Shown piece after piece: positions 25,101 to 37,798 of a stretch of 64,000 nt of DNA. Each line of letters begins with the position of its first letter. Positions within the stretch are counted from its first letter, which is position 1. This DNA comes from Owenia fusiformis (taxonomy: Eukaryota), in contig CAIIXF020000001.1 of the NCBI GenBank assembly GCA_903813345.2, positions 35,526,001-35,590,000 on the forward strand. Reading direction: 5' to 3'. The notes under the pieces were generated by a model that saw only the letters and a list, made by a program, of their open reading frames with translations, made no database searches and had not been told where the DNA came from. The translations under genes were made by a program, and so were the position numbers.

Positions 25101-28100
25101 TCTGGGAGTAATCACTAGATTTCATTTTGCTTTTTGTTTGGAAATTGCTTCCATTATAGGCTACAATAAGGTTGAGAAGTTCTTGTACACTGAAATAACT
25201 ATATTTTTTATTATTGCTAGTTGCTACAGGCCATCCAGCTGTCTCGCAATTTGTGTATTTGTCACACATTCAAGAAATTGAAGTCACACCCATTTTTTGG
25301 CATGACAGAATATGACACCCAGAAAATGCTGAAAAATGAAAGCCCAAAAAACTGACATAGCTCGTTCTGAATTTTCACAAGAATTGCGTGTCACACATTT
25401 ACTTATGAAATATTGACTATTCCTTTATATTGAACAGACTATCAAACTATATAATATTTTCTTGAAGAGGAAGATTAGAAGAAAAATGTTTGAATTTTCT
25501 CTAAATCTGACAATGTAAACGTGAAATTAGGTTAGAAAACTGACTTCATACATGTTTTGGTGTCTAAGAGCTGGTATATCGGAATCATCAATTGTCATTA
25601 AAATCATCATTGCGTAATTGTGACAAGAAGATAAAGGATGAATAGAACAGTAGTAAAGTGTCAAGATGTAAAATAATTTTAATGAGAAATCACCATAAAC
25701 AAAAAGTGTAAACATTTTTTGAAATGGCCTCATGCTAAAGTGTTGGTTTTTATGTTTCACCATTACATATATATTTGATTAGTTTTTAGGTTAGAGTGAA
25801 CTACCCTACTTTATAACAACTGCACACCTCATAAATCTCTTAAATCAAATTAAACAATGTTGCAATTTGTTAGTGGTGAAATGCAAAATAAGGAACAATA
25901 TAATGCTAAATTGTCTTTCTTCAGACTTTTTCAATAATGCTTATTTGACTGTTTTCTTAAAATATCTTTTTCAGTAATTAGACTGTTTTCTTGAAAGATT
26001 CTTATAATGCTTTTATTTACTGTTTTGTAGATGGGAGAAAGATGGCCAAGTGAGCAGAGAGGTAGGTATTTTTCAATAATTGTTTAGTCTTTCTTTATCA
26101 AATCATCTATTTTTCTGAATGTATCATATTGAATGAGATGGAAAGGGGAGAACAAGAGAATGCTGAAAAGTGCAAAATTAGATTTTACAATTATTAGAAT
26201 ATGACATATAAAAATACTAGAAATCTGCATTTAAAAACATGTTATATAGAGCCTCTATCTGCATGTAGATTCTTATTTGTTTGGTTTTAGTATACTGTTC
26301 TTATAAACAGGCAATGTTTTTAGCTTTTGAGTTTTCATGTACATCATCTTGTAAAGCTTTATGCTTTGTCTGTTTCAGTCTGCATTTCATAATGTTATCA
26401 CATTTGCCTAGTCTAGACTACAGTTTCACCCTTGGTATGACAGCTAACGAAAATTGACCGGTACGGGTCAAAAGCTGGACCGGTACGGGTTAACGGTTTT
26501 ATTTGAATTTAAAACAGCCATAACTTGCTCAATATTGACTTCCTCGTGTCTAATTTGAAATATATGATGCCTTCCGATGCTTTTAAGTACCCCAAATTTT
26601 TACAGATTTTTAAACGGACCAAAACTCTCTAAATGCGCATTCATGCTCTTTTCTCTCGAGAACGACTGTCTCATTTTCACGATAACTTTTATTTAGTACT
26701 TCTAACATATAAGATCTATTTTTCCCCATCAAGGTATGATGTAAATGACATGCTATTTACATCTTGTTAGTTTCAATGACGCGCGTTTGATTTTATAAAA
26801 AATGCCAAACTTTGTGACAAAGAATTTCCTCCTGCTTGCAGCGAGAAGACGGACCGGTTCGGGGCAATAGCATGAACATCATATATTGGTTACTTTCTTT
26901 GAATAGACATTGAATGGTATTTCTGGATAAGTGAATTGGTGTTTATCTGGGTAATCAAGGGATTATAGTCACTCAAAGTTACTGAGCATCCACTTTTGAG
27001 ACTTCAATTGTGTTGGTGATGTTACCCATATTTCAGTCAAATTCATGCTGAGCACAACATTTTGGTTTCAATATTATAATCTCTATACATGACCCTGGTG
27101 ATGAAGAGTCAGAATCAGTCAAAAAACCTAAACCGGAAAACTGTGCTCATTGTGAAAACTAAAAGTGAAGCAACTTTTTTCCTGATATTTCTTACCACAA
27201 ATGGCAACCACTTTGTTTTTCCCCCTTCAAATTAAACTGGCGGGAAATTCAAAAATTTGAAAAAAATTGTAATCCTTAAATATATTTCAAAAATATGATT
27301 TTCTTTTTAATTCTTCATCGGTCTTAAGTTATTTCTTCTTTGTATGTCATACATGTTGCCATTGGTGTTTTTTTCTATGATAATGACTATTTTTTTGTTT
27401 GTTAAGATACTTATTCTGACTCTCAGCAGGGGGTTAATTATGCATCAAAATTCAGGAAAAAGTAAATATACTTATTAAATATAACTAGGACAGTAATAAA
27501 AACCATATTTCACATACATTTGACTGAGGGACCAAAAGGGCATGTATCCAGACACATCCTTTAAAATTGACATTTGGCCCATCCATTCCAATTTTCAGGT
27601 GATCAAATGGTAATTTTGAAATCCCTTTCTTAAAGTGTGATGAAAGGCTCACAGCTGTTCAACAACCAAAAACTCGGATCCTAAGTATTGGCTGACTGAC
27701 CTATTTAAATCGCTATTCCAGAACTTGACAATATGTATATGAATTTTCAGACAACAGGCTATAACTATACAATTACATATAAATGCCCAAATGATAAGTT
27801 ATATTATAGTCCCTTGTCTACATTTCTAACTATTGTATTACACAGTTATGGCTAAAGGCTGGGGAGCAAGGCTTACTGGGAGTTAACACACCTGCAGAAA
27901 TTGGAGGCATAGGAGGAGACTTCATAGATTCTATGATAGTTCTGGAGGAACAGTAAGTTAGAATTACCTTGTCAAAAATTCAAGTACATGTATTTTATGA
28001 TTGAAGTACTTGTTCAGTGTGAATATATTCATTCAAAAATTTGAGTTTCCTGACACATGTTGAAAACATTTATTCAATCTTTATTTACTTAATTACTCCA

Positions 28101-31100
28101 TCCTTTATGTATTTTTATAAATTCAACACCAGCTCAATCACTTTGTTGTACTCTTATATTATATATTCTTTTCAGTCATCTCCATCCTTCATGCTCTTTT
28201 TTCATATGTGACATTTCATCTTTCAGATGCTACAGTAACTGCTCAGGGCCAGGGTTCATCCTCCACTCAGATGTTGTCATGCCCTATCTCAGACACTTTG
28301 GTACCAAGGAACAATTGGAGAAGTACATACCTGATATGGTGGCAGGCAAGAAGATTGGTGCTATAGCCATGACTGAGCCTGGAGCTGGCAGGTATGTTAC
28401 AAACCTCCGTGTCAGTGGTGTAAAATGTGCCATAGGCTTTAGTGTATTCTTTGATGTGTAACTGCTCTTTAGGGAACATATTGCTACAAAACAGTAACAG
28501 TTGAGTAAGGACCCTGTTATGCAGGCCAGGATTTTTCAAGTGGGGGTCTACTTTTTGAAATTTTTCATGCAAATTTTTGCACGCACATTTTAGAACAACT
28601 TCTCTTTTCGTTTCAAATATATCATGCTTTGATTTTGCCTCTAAACATGTATTAATAGGAGTTGCAATTGTGTTCTATTCCAGTGACCTGCAAGGTATCC
28701 GCACAAACGCAGTGAAAGATGGGGATGACTGGATACTTAATGGTAGTAAGGTGTTTATCACCAATGGCTTCATGTCTGATGTTGTCATTGTCGTGGCAGT
28801 CACTAACACTGAGGCCAAGTCTAAGGCACATGGTATTAGTCTATTCCTGGTTGATGCTGGCACACCTGGCTTCAAGAAAGGAAAGAAGTTGGAGAAGATT
28901 GGTCTTAAGGCTCAGGTAATTAATTATAACTTCTTGCATATACTGTCAGGTGATTAAAATCTGAGAGATATGGCGGATAAGTTGAAATGATTGAAATTGT
29001 ATCATTTAAAATGTTGAAAGGTCCCATCCAAAGTATGAAAATGTGTTTTATCATTAGCACTCTGCTTGAGAGGGGATTTCAAGATGTCTGCTGAATTCAA
29101 ATACACATTATCGATTCTTGGTCCAAATTTTATTGACTGATGCCTTATGGGCGTAGGACCTGTACTCAAGAATTTCTAACATCATGTTTACTATATTTGC
29201 ACATAGCCATCTTTAGATAGATGGCTATGCAAAACTCGGTATTCCCAGCCCATGTTAAAGGTCTTTTTCAGAAATGTTAGAAATCGTGGGAACACTTACA
29301 CTACTTCAATCGATGTATAACATCATAAAATATCGTTGTAATAATGGTAGAACGCTAACTGGAGTCGGGAGACAGTGTAGTTGACGAAAAATGTTGAAGA
29401 GATGATAATTTTCAAGATGGCTTTGGGAAGTTGGGTAATGCGCATGCACTTCCATGCCATGAGATTTCCGCTTCCGGTTACACGCATGCGTATTGGCAAG
29501 ACTTCCTGGTCAGACGACATGGAAAATAACAAGTTCCAAATACATTTTTCGTCAATTACACTGTCTCCCAACTCCAGTTAGCGTTCTACGATTATTACAA
29601 TGATACTTTATGATGTTATACATCGATTGAAGTAGTGTAAGTGTTCCCACGATTTCTAACATTTCTGAAAAAGACCTTTAACATGGGCTAGGAATATTGA
29701 GTTTTGCAAAGCTATCTCTCAGGAGATAGCTTTGTGTAAACTAAGTAACATCATGTCACATCATAGATGTACATTTTAAGTAGAGCTGGCATCAAATGTC
29801 GGAATGGTCGATTGTCAGTCGAATGCTCTCTGCGACACCCATGTTGACACAACGCCTCTTGATCGACAGTCGGAACTCACAACATAATAAGCTATTTCCC
29901 TTTGAATTAAAATCTTTGTTACTACCTGCTGTATGGTGTATTTAAGTGAAGTTTTACCGCCTACATTTTCAAATTTTCTTTTTTGTTTTGATCGACTTCC
30001 TGCTCTCGAATTAGGTCTCGGGGGCCCTCGAGATTTACCCTTGAGATTTATTTTCAATGGCTGCCCGGAAATAACAACAGAAATCGTAGTTTTATGTATA
30101 TTGATTGCTTTTTCGTCAAAGTCTGATACTTGAACATGGTTTACCTGTAAGGTAAATATAAAACATACAACTGAGGATGACTATTGTGCATCATATTGCT
30201 AATTACAAGCCTAGAAAATCTAAAATTCAGACAGATTTTCTTCAAATTTTTTTTCATTTTTCGAATATCATTGGATCCGACAATGTCGATATCGTTGTCG
30301 ATCGAGAGCTCCGACATGTCGACATTAAAATCCTATTCGATGCCAGCTCTAATTTTAAGAAAAGGAGACAATGTTACTGCCTGCCTGATTAAATCTTATG
30401 AAATATTCACAATGACAATTGATTTAATAAAATATGTTTTGTTTGCTGGGGTTTGCTTCTCTGGGGAGTTGCTTTTCTTTTTTGTGTTATCCTAGCTTGA
30501 TTTTTCAAAATGAATCTTTTAAGTTAGTTAGAAACAGTCTTTGCTCAAAATAAGTAAGTTAAACATGCTTTATATTACAGGATACATCAGAGTTGTTCTT
30601 TGAAGATGTGCGTCTTGGCCCAGAGAGTGTGCTTGGAGAGATTAACAAGGGTTTCTACTACCTTATGATGGAGCTCCCTCAGGAGAGACTAATGGCAGCA
30701 TCTATTGGCCAGGCAGCTTGTGAATGGATGTTTGAAGAAACAAGAGCTTATATCAAACAGCGTAAAGCTTTTGGCAAGACTATTGCTGACTTACAGGTAA
30801 CTTGATCCGTGAAATATGTTGCATTTTGTCAGTCTCTCATCTGGTCAAAAAATTGAACAATGCAAATGAATTGAAAATGATTATATATAATACTTTTAAG
30901 GGGAATCATTTTCTTCAGGTTACCCAACATAAGATGGCAGAGATGAAGACTGAGATATGTATTGGACGAGCATTTATTGACCAATGTTATGAACTCCACA
31001 GTGTCAAGAAACTGGACTCGTATACTGCCTCTATGGCTAAATATTGGTAAGGCAATAATTTTGATACACTGTGATTTTTCATCATTAAAGCCATATTTAA

Positions 31101-34100
31101 TTTGTCGTTCAGTGACGAAATGAGCAATATTTCCTTGAAAATATACTCTAAGGGGGTCCTCTTATTTCACAATAGATCGAAGATAAGTACAGAATAATTT
31201 GTAATTAAGGTGGTTGTATACTCGGAGGCTTAAATATAACTTTACAATAAAATGTATATAATTTTTAATTAACCAATGACTCTGACATGGTTATGCTTCA
31301 TAATCAAACAAAAAAAGCTGATATCAACGACTTGTTTTATATTATTTAAATCTAAAAACATTCTGATTCCCATGTTAGGGAATAGGAGGGTAGGGGGATT
31401 AAGAGAATGTATTATCTCCAAATTTGAATGACAGGTTTTAACTTTTTGCACACTGGAAAGTTTGAAATAAAATTGATTTAGGAAATACAAATCACATAAC
31501 CGACTTCATTTTTTAAATTATTGCTCTTTGAAAAAAATACAATTTTTCATTTTGCTAATTATGAACAAAAGTGCATCAAAATTGCATTACAATGTCATAA
31601 TTGGGCAAAATGCATTAGATCCATCAAAATTATGTATCTATTTGAAGGAAACTCATTATTCATATTTAAACTGGTTTAAAGATGGCAGCTGAGTATAAAG
31701 ATTTAATTGTGTATTTGCTACTCAGAAATACTTGAACTTAACCAGCTAAGGTGAGTGCTTGTTTGGCCTTTTCACATTATGTGGGCTCCAAGTGTGATGT
31801 CATGTAAGCCCTAAAAATCTGAATTGCCATTTATTTAAGAATCATTTCCAAAGTTGGGTTTATTGTGCAGACCTGCAGAGGTTTTACAAAACATGTTCAA
31901 TTGGGCTGAATGTCATCTGGGGGGACACACTCTTATGATGAATGATGTGTGTTCATTTGCCCCCAGAAACTGAAATAACTCAATATTAAGAAATTTGTCC
32001 CCATTATATATATTTAGATACTCCATAATGAACAGATTTGTACATGAGATAACCATAAAATGATACCAAATTTATTAAATAAAAAACAAACAGTTCATGG
32101 AACTTCGACTAAAATTTGATAGAAATGCAAATTGGTCAACTAATTTTGTATGTATAAAATCAGACAACATTTTAATATAGGGCCTAGTTTATATAGATAA
32201 TTTGATTACCTCATACATAATGTAACCAATTTCTCTGATACACCATCATATTACATGGTTATATTTGACATTTTGAAAATGTTGTATATCAAAGCTGGGT
32301 GACATATATATAGAGCTTTACTAACATGTTTTAGCCTCTGGCAAAATTCTTAATTGATCTCACACTCATAATTACGATTGAAGTTAAAGTTCACTGCTGG
32401 AGGAGCTACTAATTACAGTACAACCACAGCAACTTATATTTTTGAGTACATATTTCTCCATTATTACTCTTGAGTCTACATTATATTAGCTAGACTGAAA
32501 TTTTTCACAATGTTAAAAGGGCAATACATGTACTTGTGATCCTGAATTACCTCAGGGATGTAACATTTATAATAACTGGTGCCTTACACCATCAACATTC
32601 TTAGATATATTATACTTCTTCTTTTCTGCTAATATTAAAGATGTAGCAAAAATAGCTCAAATGACTAGATATCAAGATTGCAAGCAATCTTACGGAGGCT
32701 CCAAAGGTCAGCCGAAGGTTAAATCTTAAATCTAAGGTCATATATGAACTCTAGGCAACTTGTAGACGATTTATAAACAAATATTTGTTTAAGGAAGGAA
32801 GTTGAAATTTGACCTTTTTTCAGTTTTTGTACTCTAATATCTCAAAACTGGTGCAAAATTTTGAGATAGTCAATTGCTAATATGTGCAGAACCTCTAGAG
32901 GAATAAATATCCTGAATTTCATACATAAATATTGATTTGTAGTCTCACATTTTGAGAAACTTAGAAAACACAGTTTGTGATTTAGCTTGATGACCTTGAC
33001 CTCAAAGGTCAAAAGTAAGGTCAGATTTGAACTCCTGAGAATTTTTAGATGGTGTTCAAAAAAAATTGGTTAAATTGAAGTAAGTTGAAATTTGGTGTTG
33101 AAAAATTGAAATTTGGTGTTGAAAAATTTCGAAATTTGACTTTTTTCAGTTTTTGAGCTGTTATATCTCATTACTGGTGAATAATCTTAATAAATAGTCA
33201 ACTGCTAATATATGTTTAGTACCTCTAGAGGAATATATATCCTGACTTTCAACCTAAAATATTAATTTGTAGTGTCCAATTTTGAGAAACTTATATAGCA
33301 CAGTTTGTGACATAATTTGATGACCTTGACCTTGAAAATTTTACTTTCCAGAGCTCAATATGTCTTTTGTGATTAAGCCAACCTAAATTTGAATAAAAAA
33401 ATCATTTGAAAAATCAACTTTTTGACCTTTCAAATGTTATAGAAGGTCAACTAAAGGTCAAAGGTCAAAAGTAAGGTCAGATTTGAACTCCTGAGAATTT
33501 GCAGATGATGTTAAAAACAATTTGGTCAAATTGAAGCAAGTTGAAATTTCAGAGCTGTCAAGTTTCCCGCGAATGGCGGGATTATCCCGTGAATTTGATC
33601 AAAATTAGGCTAATTCGCGTGTCCCGCAATGTCCCGCGAAGTCCCGCAAATGTCGGCCTTGACCTCCGCGAATTTCCGAAATTGTTGCAATCCTCTATAT
33701 TGTGATTATCTTATCTTATATAAGAAGTTTTTGCACTTTTGAGGAGTAAAGTTTACCTAACTTTAAGTACCCAGCATGCTTTTGTTTGGTATCAAAATAA
33801 AGAGGAAGGGTTCAACTTTCATTTTAATTACGATAATAGGGATGTAGGTCATAAATTGTTCCAACGTTGGCCTTTTTACTACGCGTGTGGCAAATGAGAA
33901 CTGAGCGAATGTTAGCAAACGCGAGTTACAATAAATGGACGCTGACATCTAGAAAAGTAACCTGACTCTCTATAATTTGATGTAGATTAATTGAACCCCT
34001 ATATCATGGACTTTCAATTGAAAGCCCATGCCTATATGAACAGGTAATATATATATATAATACTATGGGGGAAAGCGTTTCATAGTTGGTCACGAACGCC

Positions 34101-37100
34101 ATAAGTGCAAAGTATTGTTCAGAATTTTTTTACCAATCACGCAAATCCCTTGCATGTCCAGGGACATCCTGCAAATTTAGGTGGATGTCCCGCAAAATGC
34201 TGCAAATCTAGGGTACTTTGTCTAAAAATCTGTCCCTCTATGAAGTCTTTGGTGGTTAAACTGTTAACTGTCCCGCAATTAGGTTGTTTGTCCCTCGAAT
34301 GGTCCCGCGAAATCCCGCGAATTTGATAAAAAAAAGGCCTATTAGCTCAATCACGCAAGTCCCGCGAAATCCCGCGAATTTAGTAGATGTCCCGCAAAAT
34401 CCCGCGAATTTTGGGCACTGGGTCTAAAAAATCTGTCCCGCGAGAAATTCTTTGGGGGTTGACAGTACTGAAATTTGGTGTTGAAAAATTTCGAAGTGTG
34501 ACCTTTTTTCAGTTTTTGAGCTCTTATATCTCAAAACTGGTGCAAAATTTTAATAGATAGTCAACCGCTAATATGTGTAGTACCTCTAGAGGAATATATA
34601 TCCTGACTTTCAATCTCAAATATTGATTTGTAGTCTCAAATTTTGAGAAACTTATAGCAGTCTGTGACCTAATTTGATGACTTTGACCTTGAAAATGTTA
34701 CTTTTTCAGAGCTCAGTATGTCTTTTGTGATTAAGCCAACCTAAATTTGAATCCCAAAAATTAATTTGAAAAATCAACTTTTTGACCTTTTGGAGGTCAA
34801 CTAAAGGTCAAAGGTCATAAGTAAGGTCAGATTTGAATTCCTGAGAACCTGTAGATGATTTAAAAAATATTTGGTCAATTTGAAGCAAGTTGAAAAAAGA
34901 CCTTTTTTGACATTCAATATCTCAAAATCTAGGCAAAATTTGTTTAGACAGCAAAATGCTCACAGTAATAGAATACTTATATCTATCTGTATGCAAAAAT
35001 TCAGCTAAATATATTAAAGTGTAGTGTCAGGATTTGAGAAACTTGAAAAAACTTAGATTTGACCTAGATATGAACTAATTTCCCGACAAGTCCAGCCCAG
35101 GTCACTGATAGGACAATATATGAGATAACCCCTTGGAGGGCCTCCTAATTAATTATATAAAGGTTGATCCAACTTTATTTGTGAATTAAGACAAAAATAA
35201 ACAATTCCACTGACATAGGTTAATTTTTTTTCAAAAATGTGTGTTTCATATTTAAGTTGGAAGGAGACCCCTTATAGTTTCAGTTAATATTAAGTCAAAG
35301 GGTTGTAAAACCAGATCTTGCCTTTTTGACTTTTGACTCCTCACTGTGTTAGTATAGAAATAAGATATTTACTAACATTATTCTCAACTTGAATGTCTCC
35401 TTATTCACTTTTCGAAGGTTTGCCTGAGACCCCCATGGGGGAAAATTGCCTACCCTGGAAGCGCAACCTACTGTAGTGCATGAATTTCCCCATCCTGGGC
35501 CATGGGAGCAATAATGGCTGGCCAAATATTCCTGCCCTAAAAATAACTGATTTTTTCACTCAAAAATGAGTACAAAGTAAAACATCAAATCCCACTCCCT
35601 CATCCTGGTCAAAATCCCATCCCCTGGGACAAACCCTGCATGTCAGATTTCTGACCATCCCGGCATGGGGGATTGCAAGCAAACCTTTGAATTGTGCATT
35701 TGTGGAAGTACTTGTATATATGTTACATTATTTACATAAACTTTTTATAACTACTCGACCTTGCACTTTGCTGCACCTTACTAAGTAGATATGTAAACTT
35801 CCAACCCTTAATCAAAAGTACTCAAATAAAATTTATATCTATGTACAGTCTTGTTGAGCTTTTGAACTCCCACATACTGATGTCAATTAATAGAAGTGTC
35901 CAATACTATATAAATCAGTCTACCACCTAGCAATAAGAGTAATTTCAAACTTAGGCTATTTGACGGAGGCATTTGTTAATAACTAGGATGAGTTTCATCC
36001 TAGGTTTACATGGCTCCTTTGTCTAGTATTCCCCATTTTACATTCTGTAATTACCAATTCTGTATCATATTGATCCTAACACAATTTCTTGTACTCTTTT
36101 TGATCCCAGGAAAGGATGGGCAAATATTAGTAACTCCCTTAAAACACAATAAAAACATGCATGGATGGCACAGTTTTTATTTAGAAAATTCAATTTTATT
36201 TTCGGTGAGCGTTTTAAGTTTTTTTGCTATTGCTAATTGATTAATACCACAGTTTAATGAAAATTGTTAGGTCTAATATCTTATTCTGAGGTATGAGATC
36301 TATTGAGAAAGGGTGTAAAAGTTTGGTATTTTGCTATAATTCAAATGATTGGTGTCTACATGTAATAAATACTTCAAGACAATTAGACATCTTCAAGTTC
36401 TAGAACTCTAATTCTCAAAATTATATTAGTAAATTTTGTCAGTGTATATTGAATATTTTAGTTTAGAGTTCATATCCTGAATTTCAGCTAAAGATATTGA
36501 TTTGTCGTTCACAACTTTGAGAAACTCATAAACAGTTTCTGTGATTCATTCAAATAACCCTCCTGACCTCTTTAGGACTTTTGTAACCCATGTGACCCCA
36601 GGCATCTTTTGAAGGTCACTGAAATAGTAGATGGTTTTGAAAATGGTCAATTTATAGCAAGTTGAAACTGGTCCTTTTTGACCATATTTTGATTTCCAAT
36701 ATTTCAAAATTTGGACCAAATTTCCCTGGTTGTCTTCAATGTCAGAATTGATGTGTGACATTTTCATTAGGTCCTGTGGGAAAGAATGAACATATTCATT
36801 ATCTTGATGGGACTTGATGAGACTTATTGGGATTCTATGGAACTTACTGAGTCCTGTGGGTCTTTCTTGAGGCAAGCAAAATAAAGTCCCATGTGGCAGG
36901 CTCGACTTTGCCCCATTGGAGTGTGTTCGGGTTTTGTGGGGAAAATTAAAACAAATTAATCACATTAATACGTTTGTATGTTTCTGGACCAGTTGGAAGA
37001 ATGTCTTCATTTTATAGACTATTATTGTATTAACCCCCAACTTTTCCCATCTAAACACTGACTTTCCTGAAATTGTAAACCTCTAACCCACTAATAACAC

Positions 37101-37300
37101 TACCTCCCTTACTTTTCAGGAACACGGATATCCAGAATAAGATAGCCACTCAATGCCTACAGCTCCATGGGGGCTGGGGCTATATGTTAGAGTACCCCAT
37201 AGCTAGGGCCTTCCTAGATGCCAGGGTTCAACCCATATACACAGGCACCAATGAAATCATGAAGGAACTTATTGCAAGACAGATTGTATCTGATAAATAG
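10101..37300 (+). CDS. ACADL: Long-chain acyl-CoA dehydrogenase, mitochondrial, isoform A (449 aa). Exons 10101-10222, 14210-14377, 26031-26061, 27846-27952, 28227-28391, 28684-28915, 30581-30796, 30919-31046, 37120-37300
   Basis: All junctions are GT-AG and phase-consistent (1350 nt in total). The N-terminus is basic and targeting-peptide-like, ending RCISTT. ACAD motifs present: DIGTRRI, AIAMTEPGAGSDLQG, LNGSKVFITNG, KIGLKAQDTSELFF, ELPQERL (LCAD-type catalytic Glu), QLHGGWGYM, VQPIYxGTNEIMKELIAR. Exon 1 is the least certain exon. Confidence 0.9.
10935..13315. mobile_element. Non-autonomous Tc1/mariner-type element with ~260-bp TIRs
   Basis: TA|CACTCTGTTAAGCATG...CATGCTTAACAGAGTG|TA. 10935-~11200 is a near-perfect inverse of ~13050-13315. 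TA TSD. Confidence 0.85.
12388..12715. mobile_element. Short TIR element (MITE) with 7-bp TSD, nested in the previous element
   Basis: CAGGCCTGTCAACT...AGTTGACAGGCCTG flanked by GAAATGA on both sides. The same right end recurs at ~20345-20443. Confidence 0.75.
15280..17501 (-). pseudogene. Degenerate multi-exon gene of unknown family inside the 8.5-kb element
   Basis: Minus-strand symmetric phase-1 exons 17501-17430 (EKQAQSPIARADKQIALDLDETE) and 17199-17155 (TDEERIEDVKSDIT) have canonical sites, and the next acceptor is at 16927. Downstream protein-like frames contain in-frame stops. Confidence 0.4.
17736..18625. repeat. Degenerate ~60-bp minisatellite with conserved core GACGTGTTCTAGTGAAAGAAG, interrupted by the Harbinger MITE
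   Basis: Cores at about 17736, 17877, 18425, 18484, 18540 and 18605. Confidence 0.6.
17918..18409. mobile_element. PIF/Harbinger-type MITE with internal ~10-bp subrepeats
   Basis: TTA|AGCCCGGTATACACCAATGGGGCAA...TTGCCCCATTGGTGTATACCGGGCT|TTA, with a 3-bp TTA TSD. A decayed relative lies at ~36770-36935. Confidence 0.85.
18838..19883 (-). mobile_element. Internally deleted mariner element with transposase HTH remnant
   Basis: TA|CAGGGTGTTCCATATG...CATATGGAACACCCTG|TA with long TIRs. Minus ORF 19091-19312, VYEWYKRFKSGKETETDYPKCGHPRT, resembles the mariner HTH region (WxKRFKxG...DxPRSGRP). Confidence 0.88.
20636..21676 (-). mobile_element. Non-autonomous hAT element with zinc-finger remnant
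   Basis: CAGGGTTC...GAACCCTG with 8-bp TSD TGGTGTAT on both sides. Minus ORF FQQAWVTKF...LLFCKTC resembles the N-terminal Zn-finger of hAT transposases. Confidence 0.8.
21686..22225. mobile_element. Palindromic MITE, CACTGGTG family, copy 1 (5-bp TSD GTATG)
   Basis: CACTGGTGATCCACTCGATTACGCTGGTTACCAAAACG terminus is inverted at the other end. GTATG flanks both sides. Confidence 0.9.
23460..23530 (-). repeat. tRNA-derived SINE head or tRNA pseudogene fragment
   Basis: Minus strand GATAGCTCAGTCAGTAGGGCGTCAGACTTCTAA...GATTTGAATCCTG shows A-box and degenerate B-box motifs. The cloverleaf is imperfect. Confidence 0.5.
23760..24845 (-). mobile_element. Helentron/HINE (DINE-1)-like element with internal tandem repeats; same family as 61648-63110
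   Basis: Shares the terminus GGGTACTxGGCTCACATGGTG and the internal unit GAGCTTTTGAACCAGGAGTCATAGGGG, in opposite orientation. Confidence 0.55.
26427..26790. repeat. Interspersed repeat; uninterrupted copy of the sequence split by the mariner at 18838-19883
   Basis: Near-identical to 18752-18837 joined to 19886-20162. Confidence 0.85.
29188..29748. mobile_element. Foldback MITE with ~200-bp TIRs and 8-bp TSD
   Basis: ~29188-29395 is the inverse of ~29540-29748. CATCATGT flanks both ends. Confidence 0.75.
29781..30351. mobile_element. hAT-type MITE
   Basis: TAGAGCTGGCATC...GATGCCAGCTCTA with 8-bp TSD ATTTTAAG on both sides. Confidence 0.85.
32663..35150. repeat. Element with several-hundred-bp internal tandem units (GACCTTGA...AAAGGTCAAAAGTAAGGTCAGATTTGAACTCC), interrupted by a TIR element at ~33550-34470
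   Basis: Units recur near 33000, 33460 and 34800. The insert CAGAGCTGTCAA...TTGACAGTACTG is rich in TCCCGC subterminal motifs. Confidence 0.65.
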
Positions 37301-37410
37301 ACTCCTGAAACCAGTTTCTACCTGTGATTGACAGTGCTTTGAAAACTGATATGTTAATTATGTGTTTACCAGCTCTAAAACCCAATTAAATATGGTCTTT
37401 ATACTCAAAT

Positions 37411-37557
37411 ATAGTAAAACTTCTTGAAGTAGAACACCTTTTGTTTCTCTAAAAAGTGTTCCACTTGTAAGGTGTTCCACTTATAGAGGTTCATTTGACA
37501 TTCAGTCAATTGGTCTTTGGACTCTGATATGTGTTCCACTTCACAGGTTTCACTGTA
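37411..37557. mobile_element. Decayed pogo/Tigger-like MITE between the duplicated ACADL exons
   Basis: TAGTAAAAC...GTTTCACTGTA termini with repeated GTGTTCCACT motifs. Related remnants occur near 39890-40025 and 48375-48444. Confidence 0.45.
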
Positions 37558-37623
37558 TGTGGACTTGATATAATTTAGAGAGATTTGATCATGTTGATTG
37601 TGGCTTGATATATTTGCTTGCAG

Positions 37624-37798
37624 GCACACAGACCTCCAGAATAAACTGGTCACCCAGTGTTTACAGCTACATGGAGGGTGGGGGTATATGCTAGAATACC
37701 CCATAGCTAGATGTTTCCTGGACTCTAGGGTACAACCCATATATGCTGGCAGTAATGAAATCATGAAAGAGCTTATTGCAAGACCAATTGTTAGTTGA
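37624..37798 (+). CDS. ACADL: Duplicated alternative terminal exon of ACADL (isoform B, 447 aa)
   Basis: TTGCAG acceptor with the same phase (2) as exon 37120-37300. Open frame HTDLQNKLVTQCLQLHGGWGYMLEYPIARCFLDSRVQPIYAGSNEIMKELIARPIVS*. Confidence 0.8.
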
